From positions 5,456,001 to 5,520,000 of the forward strand of contig OX337228.1 in NCBI GenBank assembly GCA_946965045.2: 64,000 bases of DNA, written 5' to 3'. The position numbers and the translations under genes were made by a program. This document shows, in pieces, positions 34,001-44,700 of this stretch. The notes below the pieces were generated by a model. It was given only the letters and a program-made list of their open reading frames with translations, was not told the origin of the DNA and searched no databases. Source of the stretch: Epithemia pelagica (taxonomy: Eukaryota; Protista; Bacillariophyta). Position 1 is the first letter of the stretch, and each line of letters opens with the position of its first letter.

Positions 34001-34576
34001 AAAGACAACATTTCGCAACATCGAGTGTCGTTGGCAAAGCGATGAATGACGTACCCATCCACCAATCGCAGCCATGGAAGCATCTGCGAGGCCTTTGACT
34101 TTGTCACGATACCCGACTCCTCCATGGTCGCCTTTTTGATCAAGTTGCGTAATACAACCGAAATAATTCGCCGTCATGGATTCTCCCTTGGGCCCATACC
34201 ACGATAAACCGAGACGATTGGCCAAGACACCGGCGAGCAAGGTCGTTCCATTGGCTCCACCCAAGCCAATCACCAAAACACCAAAGCTTCCTAATGTCTT
34301 GGGTTTGTGCTTGACATCCTTCACCAGAACAGGTTGTGGAGCTTGCGGTGTAGGGACCATAAATGGCCCATTGGGTTGGTGTCGATACGATGACGCCATA
34401 CTGTAGACACTCGTGACATCGGATGACGCATCTGTCATGGACTGTGAGAATCCTGAAGAGGATCCAGTGGATCCAGCCGACGGTGATCGAAAGCCAGGAT
34501 TTTCCACATTGCCCCTGTCACTTCCCACACCAGTGTCTCGAGGATTTGGTTTCAACCGTGCTGAAGGCTTCGACAT
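31067..34576 (-). CDS. Fusion protein: divergent myo-inositol-phosphate synthase (INO1/MIPS) + PfkB carbohydrate kinase + HMG-box-like insert; 3 exons, ~1105 aa
   Basis: MIPS motifs [51 protein letters not shown]. PfkB motifs [40 protein letters not shown]-like [11 protein letters not shown]...[21 protein letters not shown]. Introns 34054-33951 and 33683-33596 join three ORFs in frame (GGW|DIRP and GHTT|VIWS). Confidence 0.9.
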
Positions 34577-36015
34577 TTCGGATGCGAGGTGGAGAGAGAT
34601 GCTACGAAGAAAGAATGATGGCTCGTCGATTGTGTGTAAAAATGTGGGGTCGAAAAACTACCCGTTCAAAGTGGACAAGTGGACCTCCACCCTCCACACA
34701 AGGGGTAGAGCTAGATGCGAGAATTCCCAGCCTTGGACTTTCGCGGTGGAGGCAAAGACAAGATCAAGAAGTGTTCTTGACCCTCTCTTTCGAGTCAAGG
34801 TCAAGGGGTGTAGTCTACTCTCGAAGTCATTATTCCCATTCCTACGTCAAGAACATTGTTCATGCTTCGTTCGATAGCTCTCTATGTGCTCGACGAGACA
34901 CAGACGAAACAATAACCAGAGCACTGCACTTCTGGCTTTGTCCCTTTCATTACTCCTAGGTATTAGGAGCCGATTACCCATGTGTATTATCTCATCACTC
35001 GTAGTGTTAGAGGCAGATGATTTCGAGATTCGAGAAGCTAATACTTGATATGAAATAGGCATCGAGTGTCAACGCGCAGGGCGATATCCCGTATTCGATC
35101 CTCTGGGAGAGACGGATCTGCTCACATGATCAACTCCAGAACATCAACCTTCAAGTCCATGAAGCGAGCAATTTTGATGTATTTCGTTCTGAATCCTGAG
35201 CTGACTCCTGTTAAGAGTAGTCCTTGCTTTTTGAACATGAAAGCCTCACGTTCTAGTCGGTTCTGCGGCAACCTGATGAATGGGCATTGGGCGTCGGGTT
35301 CACGTATGATGGGAGGGTTAGGAATGCGGACTACGCACTACGCGCATGCACTGGGTAACCTTACTGCAGCTGGGTACTGGGTCCCCCAATTTGCAATTTG
35401 GGTCTGGCGTTGACCTGGGCAATACAATTATTATGGATGGTGCGCATGATGGTGCTTATGCTTATCTCATCTCATCATTTTTTCAAACGAACACCGACCA
35501 AATTTTGTGAACGATTTTCACAACATTTTGCTTTCCTTGTGATGACACGAGGCCGCACGAGTCTGCCTCTCACCAATAAATCTTACTACGGATAGTTACC
35601 TTTGAACGCAAGCCGACTCTCTACTCCCAAGTGGTTACAATACTATAATATGATCAAATCCAATAACACATTCATATTTTATCCGCGTGGAAGTAGGCCG
35701 ACATCTGACTGCCAAATGAGAACTCCGAACGAAGCGTGCTCAATTATGTGAGCTCTGGACTCCATTATGGCATCGAATTATTAAGCCACAGAAGCTCTTG
35801 GCGGGTGAAAAGTGTCCAGTCAACAGAAGACTTCATTTGTGCTCGCCATCCCGAGGTTATGGCCGTAATACTTCCAATACACTTGCGCTGCTGTGGTATT
35901 GCGTGGAGGACTTTGGAGCATTTTGAAGACGAAGAGATAAGGGGTTCGTCAAAGGTCGTCGCTTTCTTTGATTTGCATCCGGCTGACTTGTGGTCAGAAG
36001 CTTGCGGGAGGGGCA

Positions 36016-36987
36016 ATGGGGGATGACGATGGGAGTGTCGAAGGCGATGAGTCGGGAGGGCCCACAACGACCAAAAAGTCGGAACGCAAACGTCAGAGAG
36101 AGAAGGATCGAAGGAAGGAAATGAAAGAAGGATTTGTGGAATTGGCTCAACTACTAGCACAAATTGAGCCCGATGATGCCGATAGCCAGAGTCGGAAACG
36201 GAAGAGGAGAGGGAGTGAAGATGGATCAACAGATCTAGATTCTTCCGGAATGACGCGGATCGACCTCATCAGTCGAGCAATCGACACAATCCGTAAATTA
36301 CACGCAGAGAATATGGATCTCAAACGTTCGCACGGTGGAGGCGATGGCAAGGTACGTTTAGACTGGTACATATCATCCCTATTTATCCTTGTGTTCTCTC
36401 ATATTCTTTCCTCCTTTGCATTCTAGGAAGTTCTGGTGATGGTTCCAACCCTTCAGCCATCTGCCGGAGGTGTTCAATCTACAGTGGTTGGCAGTAATAC
36501 ATCATCGCCTCCTGCGCAACCGCCTACAGCAGCGCAATATCAAGCATACTATGCGCAGCAATCAGCGGGGCAGCAGGTCGATCCTCGCGATTCTAGACGA
36601 GCCGCTCCTCAGACGGGCCAGCCCCCATTTTATCAGCAAGTTCCGGGAGCTGCAGGAACGCAGGAGCACCCATCTCAGCAAGCTGTAGGACCACCACCAG
36701 CTTATGGGTATCCTCCATGGGGTGCTGCACCTCACCAGCAGTACCTGCATGGTCCACCTCAACAGCAGTTCTATGGCGAACATCGTCCGGGTAATCCACC
36801 TATGCAGTACCCCTATGGACCACCACTGGCTCCTCCTCAAGCTGCCTCCATGTATTCGCTACCACCACAAGCCGCTGCGGCATACGCTCCTCAAGCAGCA
36901 GCACAAACGCAGCCTCCGGCAGCACAGAATCCCCAAAATGGATCTGGCACTGGTACACCACATCGTCCTGGTCCAACCAGAAGTTGA
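36016..36987 (+). CDS. bHLH-like transcription factor with Q/P/Y-rich C-terminus, 2 exons
   Basis: Basic-helix ERKRQREKDRRKEMKEGFVELAQLL, long loop, second helix TRIDLISRAIDTIRKL. Intron 36352-36426 (gtacgt...tctag) joins to ORF 36436..36987. An upstream exon is possible. Confidence 0.8.
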
Positions 36988-37372
36988 GCAGCCAGGCTTG
37001 TATTTTATATTGTCTTTGTCGCCTAGTGAGTGCTTTCAGGAAGAATTGTTGAGGAGATTCTAGAATTTTACAGGCACATTCGTACGTCGATGTTGCACCA
37101 CAATCTCGTTGAGACTTCAGACCCTCTAAACATCTTCTCCCTGGTCACAAAATGTAATCACCCGAGGACTTCGTCTACTCGAGGTGAACTAGATTGAGTG
37201 GGCCATGTGTGTGTCAAACACTAGAGTTTGGCCGGTCTTTGTTTGGATGTTATGTGGACACGGTGAAAAAAGCTTAGCTCGTCTAGTTGGTAAAATCAGA
37301 TGAATTTTGAGTCCAAACATTTTATACCTGTATTCTATAGGAGTACATTTAACCTTTTCATGCTACGAAAAG

Positions 37373-39563
37373 TTACGTCTCAGTGTTGGGTAGTCGTAGA
37401 ACTCGCTCCAGACGCAAGCAAATGTCCTGCAGTGACTCACTGTCCGATGCTTTCTGTTGTTGGTTTTGACGATCTTGTAGAGACCGCGAGCATCGATCAT
37501 GGTTCATGACAATCCATTGACGATACTTGGATATTTGATCTGCGCGGAGTACTCCCACCAACGTGCGTTCTTCGCGATGAGACGCTTGGCGGCAAACAAA
37601 ATCCATGGCATCGCGCAAGCTCGAAGCAGCTTTGGTGGCAGCCACACTTTTGCTCCAGGACGTTTGTGCATTCGTCGTCTGCGCGAGCTTTTTGTGTAAT
37701 GCCAAAAACTTGTCTTCTTGGTCTACGCTGAACTTATGTTCATGACAAAAGAGTGGCCACATTCGAGCTGCATCATCTGCAGGGCATGTTCGAGCTGCCG
37801 ACGATTCGTCCGATTTTGCCAGTTTGTGGTTTGGGTCGGCGGTGTTCATTAGCTCTTCCCCTACTTGTTTGGAACTGATTTTACCCGACGAGGATCGAAC
37901 AATCGCCTTGTCAGGATCACGTTTGTTGTATTCCTCCTTGCCCGCAGTAAAGTAGGTATCCTCGTTCAACGTGAGCCACAACCATAGTTTTTGATATCTA
38001 GGCAACAGATTGGACTGAAGTGCATTGAACTGGAACTCAATCACTGCCTGGAAGATGGGACTGCTCGGACCCGTGTCACGAACAGCTGTCATGATTGACG
38101 CGGCATCGAGTGTTTCTTGGTCCAGGAACTGGGAGATCCGCATACTTCGTTGTCTCCGCAGTCCAGGAACAAGTTTGTCAATTTGATTTTGCCGTTCCTT
38201 GGCAATCTTCTGATGGGTTCTCCACACACGGGCTTCGGCGGCCGCCAACCGTTCCTTTTTTCGACGTCGTGAAATACGAGCACTTTCTCGATTTCGTTCC
38301 AAACGCTTGGCCCGTTTTTCTTCCGACTCTTCCGGTGCAGGGTTTTTACCCTGTTGGAGAGCAGCAGCAGCCGCTACTGCCGCATGACCATAAAAGGCCA
38401 TGTGCGGAAAGGCTGTAAACGGAAGACCAAGCTGTGCTACTTGTTGGATTTGCTGCCCTTCTTGAGCAGATGGCTGTGTCGTCGACGACGCTGTTGGCTG
38501 TTGCTGTGGTTGTTGCGGCAAGATGGGTTGATGTGGAGGTTGCTGTGTGGATGATGAGGAGGATCCTTGTGCTTTGGCCATGGCGTTGATTCCTCGAATC
38601 CATGCCAGGTGTTGTTCATGCGAATTCGGAGTGGAACCCATGCCATTCTCTATCGCACCCGAAGGAGCCAAGGTTGCTGCTGTAGGAGTGTTGGTAAAGG
38701 GATGATAGGACGAACCAAGAAGGGCCGGGGAAGGAATGCCATGTGTCGACGGAGGAGGTAGCATGAGATTTTCGGGCGTCCCAATCATGGCGGCCGGTGA
38801 CACGGGTGAGACTCCTGCTTGACGAGTTTGCTGTTGTTGCTGTAACTGTGATTGGTGCGCCGCAACCATCATGGAGGCAAACATTTGCTGTTGTTGTTGT
38901 TGCCTCATTTGTTGCAACACCATGGGTCCACCCGAAACCAAGGTATTGGCCATTGTGGATAAGGACGATGAGGAAGAACTGGCACTGCTAGGTATTGCCG
39001 AATGTGGTGGGTGGGATGATGACGATGATCCAAACAAGAGAGGATTCAAATGATGATGATGAGATGACAGTTTGCTGAGATCATTCGCCATGAATCGATC
39101 GTCAGTAGTAGTGGTGGAGTAGGATCGCGAACTAAACTGTGGCACTCGAGGTGTGGGAGGAGCCATTGGTTCATCGTCCGCATTATTCACGTTTTCGTCA
39201 TCCTCTTCATCACTATTTGTTAAACCAAGTCCAACATTTTGTTGTTCCCGAGGAGCCGCTTGGCTATCCGAGGGAGCCTCCAAAAGTTGTGGCACGACAA
39301 AGCCAGAACTCATGGGGATATCGGACGAGGATGAGACCGGATCCTCCGATTCCGTTGTGTTGGAGTAATCCGTTTGGCAGAAATCAGGTACAGGAGCCTG
39401 TGATTGCGTTTCACTCCCTCCGAGAAAATAAGACAGCATGTGATCTGAACCAAAGAACACACACAAGTTCATGCCGTACATGTTTCTTGAGTTTTTTTAC
39501 ATCTCTGGCTCCGAAAGCATACTGCTGCTCTCATAGACTCACCTGTTTCGCTATCCCAAACAT
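37373..39563 (-). CDS. bZIP-type transcription factor with poly-Q/S N-terminus
   Basis: Basic region EEKRAKRLERNRESARISRRRKKERL. Likely short first exon MFGIAKQ (39563-39543) and intron 39542-39398 (gtgagt...cacag), in frame with APVPDF. Confidence 0.85.
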
Positions 39564-40060
39564 GTTGCCTTTCATTTCGCTCATCACCCAGAACGACATC
39601 GGATGCGAAACCAACCTTTTTTCCACGGCCTAGCCCTCCTCTGGAAGATGTCGAATCGGAGCGATTTCGAGACTTTTCCATGGTTCTTCCTTGACAAATG
39701 ATGTGGATCCACCACTCGACGAATACAGCAGAGAGTCAACAGAGATGGATATAATATTATTAGAAAGAGATAATGCTTTCTACAAATGCAGATGTCACCT
39801 CTCTTGAATAAGAAAAGGCGAACCCAATGAATGTCCAGCGAGTCTGTAGACAGGCGCAAGTTGGTCGGTTGGCTGGTTCGTGATTCGTGATTCGATGACA
39901 AAATTCTGATTGGAAGGGGACATTTTTCTTTCTGCTGCTTCCAATTGCGGGTTGCGCTTTTTTGCGCTCTGTGTCTGTGGTCAGTGTGGCGTCCCCTTTT
40001 GGTCGTGATCTTATTCCCTCCGCCCGTCTTTATTAGCGCAATGTCCCGGTAGTCGGCACC

Positions 40061-41614
40061 ATGTTCGACCCATCGCTCTCGTGGCTCCGACTTTCCTTTG
40101 TCGATTCGGTGCGGTTTCCCTTTAATTACACGTTTATAGATAAGGTCGACGACATTCAAGACCATGAGGATGGAGAAGAAGGACGGAGTAAAATTCTCAG
40201 CGAAGTTTCGGCCTGTCGATTTGTCAACGACAGTGAGCAAGGCAAGAACCATAACGACAAAGACAACAACAACTCATTGCATTATCGACTGTTGTTGGTC
40301 GGTGATTCGGGGGAAGTCTTTACCGCACAAGTGACCTTGTGGAGAATCAATACAGAAGCTGGAAAAGAAACTTTACGCTTCAACATTACTCTTGAAAGGC
40401 AACGACCACTCCTTCTTCCTGGATACAACGTCAATCAAGGTGCCACCGACATGGCATCAACAACGCCGGTTTCATCTCGTTCGGTGGATGCTGAAGGATG
40501 CGAAGTTTTTGACACATGGCCTCACGCCATGTTGGTGAGTTCGGAACATCCCTTGGCCCTCACATGGTTTGATCCACACACAGGGTGGGCAGCCACTACA
40601 AACAACGTGTCTCAGTCTCCGCTGCCTCAGTATAGGATTCCCACACACATTGCCCAGAAAACAAGACCCAACAAGGGTTTCGAGGCGGTCACGGCATGGT
40701 CCAGTCCACGAATGCCGACCGTTGTAGAAAAGGAAGAGGAGGAGGGGGTGGACAACCGTTCCTATTTGGCGCCTTCCTATGTGCTGACGACAACCGAGGG
40801 ACACTTGCGAGATGATCCACCAGGCTTTCATCGATGGCTCTTGTGGAAGACAGACAAAGGAGGGGATCCCATTCTCGAAATGGGACATTGGGCGTCTCGC
40901 TGGAAAGGGAAACTTGTAGGAGATAATCATGAGTTCCTCTCGATCACGGACTTGACCTACTGGCCAGAACAAGAGCTTCTCTTGGTCCTCGAACGAGGAT
41001 ATGATGGAGAAACTAACATGATCAGCCTTTCTTCCGTCGACATGACCTTTCCAATGAGTCGCCCTTCCCAGTCACTCTTGAATTGGACACTGGATACCAT
41101 GTTTTTGGCATCGTCGGCACAAGAATCGATTCAACTCCCCGTGGACAATTACGAATCGCTCTGTCTATTACCCTCGAGTGCGACTCAGAACAACCCCAAG
41201 GAACGACTCGTTCTCTTGGTCAATGATGAAAATCACAATCCCCAACAAATTGGCACCCAATTTGTGTTGTTGCGACTCCATGTAGAGGAGGTTGATGATG
41301 GTAGTCTGAGCAAACAGCATTGCTTGGCAACACGATCCACCCTCTCCTCCTCGTCTTTGGTTCTCGTTCCGGTCTTGTTGGTACTGGGAGGATTGGTTCT
41401 TGTCGCTGTGTTCCAATACTGCCGCAGAATGCGTGATTATGGAAGTAGTTCGCGTGGACAATATAAAGTCACCACCAATGCATCAACCCCGAAACTACCA
41501 CTGGACCAGTATGATGGAAGCGAGGACAACATTCACAACGATCCAGAAGAAGAAGAAGAAGAAGAAGAAGAAGAAGAAGAAGAGGACAGTGATCAAGAGC
41601 ACGGTCTTTCATAA
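40061..41614 (+). CDS. Phytase-like esterase family protein (beta-propeller type) with C-terminal TM and poly-Glu
   Basis: NKGFEAVT, ITDL, LLLVLERGY, DNYESL and LLVNDENHNPQQIGTQF resemble the 'esterase-like activity of phytase' family. TM segment LVLVPVLLVLGGLVLVAVF. True N-terminus unclear. Confidence 0.7.
   Translation: MFDPSLSWLRLSFVDSVRFPFNYTFIDKVDDIQDHEDGEEGRSKILSEVSACRFVNDSEQGKNHNDKDNNNSLHYRLLLVGDSGEVFTAQVTLWRINTEAGKETLRFNITLERQRPLLLPGYNVNQGATDMASTTPVSSRSVDAEGCEVFDTWPHAMLVSSEHPLALTWFDPHTGWAATTNNVSQSPLPQYRIPTHIAQKTRPNKGFEAVTAWSSPRMPTVVEKEEEEGVDNRSYLAPSYVLTTTEGHLRDDPPGFHRWLLWKTDKGGDPILEMGHWASRWKGKLVGDNHEFLSITDLTYWPEQELLLVLERGYDGETNMISLSSVDMTFPMSRPSQSLLNWTLDTMFLASSAQESIQLPVDNYESLCLLPSSATQNNPKERLVLLVNDENHNPQQIGTQFVLLRLHVEEVDDGSLSKQHCLATRSTLSSSSLVLVPVLLVLGGLVLVAVFQYCRRMRDYGSSSRGQYKVTTNASTPKLPLDQYDGSEDNIHNDPEEEEEEEEEEEEEDSDQEHGLS
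41546..41581 (+). repeat. (GAA)12 microsatellite encoding poly-Glu
   Basis: Perfect gaa run directly visible; the following gag gives 13 Glu. Confidence 0.95.
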
Positions 41615-41778
41615 TCTCCTATCCGCGTTTGTGGAAACGTATACTTCCATCTGCCCGATCGGTGAACCTCATAGTGTAGAAAAAACATAGAATCAACGCA
41701 TACGTGCAATTTCTTTCTATTATACATCCTAGTTGTACAGTTTGAACACAAAAAATAAGAGGAGCGATCTGCAATAAA

Positions 41779-44700
41779 TCACACACCTTCAGATGCACCT
41801 TCTGCAACTTGCAGTTCCAGCTCCATCAACAATTTGTTTGTAACCTTGATCTGAAGCGCACACGCAATCAGAATATCCGGACTCAATAGGGTTGCATCTG
41901 GGAAGGTATTCAGATAACTCATCATGCCATCCAGCTCGTGATTCAGAAGGATTGGCTGACTCAAAAACAGGATTGCTGTGGCAACGCGGAAGAATATCTT
42001 GAAGCTCCGTTCTACTAGCCAAATGTCCCACATATGGGAAACAGTGGCAGTCGGCATGGACGGAAGGTACAAGAACAGTGTTTGGAACCACCCCAACGCG
42101 AAGAGTCCAACATTCAGTTCGTGGTGTTCGAAATGGTCAGCAAGTACCGGCAATTTGATTTGAATCAACTTTTCAAAAACTAAGCAACACGTTTTCAAAC
42201 ACCTGAGCTCTGGCCAGTAAAAGTGACCAAGATTGTACGCAGTGAAAAAAATATCCATCATTCGAAAACAAGATTCCTCAACCACCAGACTTCCGTCGAT
42301 CTTCGCAAGAATTTCTGCGACCTCATCATCCGATGTTGTAGGCTTTATTTCGACGTCCGGTGCCAACTGAATTACGCCTGGGAGTCTCTTGTAGGCAACT
42401 CCCCATCGAACAGTCTCCTGCATCAGTCGCAGCAAATGTGCAACAACGTAGTCCATCCCCTGGCAATAGCCAACTTCAGGATGCGCTGCCGCTAAGGCAT
42501 GAAGAACGAAGCTCAGTTTTTCTTGTAGAATTGCCTTCGTCGCTTCAGTTAGAGCGTTTCCACTTAGAGCCATCTCGTCATTTACTTTCGCTCCAATGAC
42601 CACTTCTGGGCCTTTCTTCTCCGCGTCCAACTCAAAAGACATGTTTGCAAACGATCCAACTGGGGTGACACCTCCCCAGTCACTGACAGTATCTGTGGGT
42701 GCTAAACTGACGCTGTCACTATCATCATGTTCATCCTGTGAAGGATCTCTTGACGGGGGTGGAGGATTACCGGTGCCTTTGACACCTCGCTTTAGCGTCC
42801 GGCTCTTACCCCAAGTGACCAGAGCGCGAACAATTGAATCAGTTCTCAGGCGAGCTCCCGTTTTGTGAGGCGGAAGATTTCCAAACGATCGAGAAACATC
42901 ACGTTCAATCACCTGGTGCCATTTTCCCGTTCTCCCTTTACGTTCTAGACGTTCCAACTCGGTGCTTTCACCTTCTGCTGCGCATGCCCTGAGGTCACGA
43001 GAAGCCTCACTAAACTGTTCCATTGCTACCCATATCCAGAAAGCCGGTCTCATCCTCATACTAATCCCTCCGAGTCTTACAGCTTGCTGTATCAAATCAT
43101 GCATGTGTTCTTCAACGAAACTACGACATTGTCGATTGACAGCCTTGACCTTGCAAACTGCAGCTGGGTCTCCAAGAAAGCTCAGTATTGTACCAAGGAC
43201 CCGTGGGGAAACACCGATACATTTTTCAAATGGGCTGGGATGTCCTGGAGGGAAAATAAGAGTTTTCTCTACTCGCGTTTTTGCGCGAGGTGTTTTCTCT
43301 TCCTGATGGAAATGTAAATCTTTGCCTTGAACCGAATCTCTTGGCGGCGACTGCGCAGATACTGCCAGAGGAAGCTCTGCTTCTTCTTTCAAGGGAAGAG
43401 AGGGAAAAGGACTTCCGTAGAATCTTTCAGCAGCGACGGAAATGGCTTTATCGATCTTCTCGGCCATCTTTTCATCATGAAGAATCTTGGATGTTGACGC
43501 TGGAAGATGATCCTCGCCCAAAGGATGGTTCTCTCTCAAGTCCACATGCGCCATCATAGCGGAAGGGCTGGCGGTTTCGTCAGTGGAGACATGACGAGGA
43601 GTAAGAGGCTGATCTTCGGACTCAATAAGCACATCACTTGATTTTTTCTTCATGGTGTCATACTCCTCCCGGCAAGAAGAAGAAGGGGTACCAACTGGGG
43701 GATCCGGAATCATTGGAAGTGCATTCGTCGGCAACTCCATCTGGTAAGTCCCACCCGAAAGAATATCGTTGACTCTGTCACTTTCATCGTCCACTCCATG
43801 AAGCAAAGAACCGTACTTAGCGGACAATTTAGACAAAGCTGCCTGAGATGAAAAAGATTCGCCAATTGCGTTGGCCTCAATTTCGGTGGAGCCTATGGAA
43901 TGATTCTCCTGGGATGTTTCCGAATTGCAAGTTGCGAGAACAGCTTTGTCGCAAATGGAATTCTTGTATGGATCATTGGTCGAGGGCTCAGTTTGTTCCC
44001 CGGGCACGATGTCAACCTCCACTGGACCATATGAATGACTCTCGACGTCGCTTCTCGCGATTGCTTTAGTGGTCGTATCAGAAGTTATTTGGGGACCGCT
44101 TTCCTCTTCGTGTACAGATATTGTGGGAACTTGCTGTTCGTCGGTTTCATCTTTGCTTTCTAGTAATTCTCCATGCAACTCACCGCCATCGCCCTTGCTC
44201 CTACTTCCACCATAAGTTTCGACATTCGGTTCTTTCTCCAAATGGTTAATCCCTAGATCAATATCACCACTTCCACCTGAGTGGCGAACCCTTAAATTGG
44301 TCGAACCTGGCTCATTGTGAAACCCATTCACACCACTGTCATAACTACCAGATGCATTACCCGTGTCGATGTCTCCAATAGCGTCTGCAGCATGCAAACC
44401 ACTAGATGAAAGAGCAAAAGTGGTTTGTGTTGTATTTGTCTCATGTGGCTGCATGGGCAAATTGTTCTCCTCTTCGACATCGTCCACTTCCGCCATCATT
44501 GGTTCAAGCGATTCTTCTGCGTCGGGGTTTGATTGTAAAGACTGAGTTTGTGAGGAACTCTTAACAAGATCGAGACTTGCTTCGTCCACAACTTCTGGCG
44601 TAGATTGTTCAAGATTTTCTTCTACGTTAGGATCCGATGGCAAAGACTGAGTTTGTGAGGAACGTTTGACAATAACGATGCTTGAATCTGAGATTGCATC

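Noticed and set aside
34413-35600. Several 65-178-aa ORFs upstream of the MIPS fusion
   Set aside because: Overlapping, no motifs; consistent with antisense overlap and promoter/UTR sequence.
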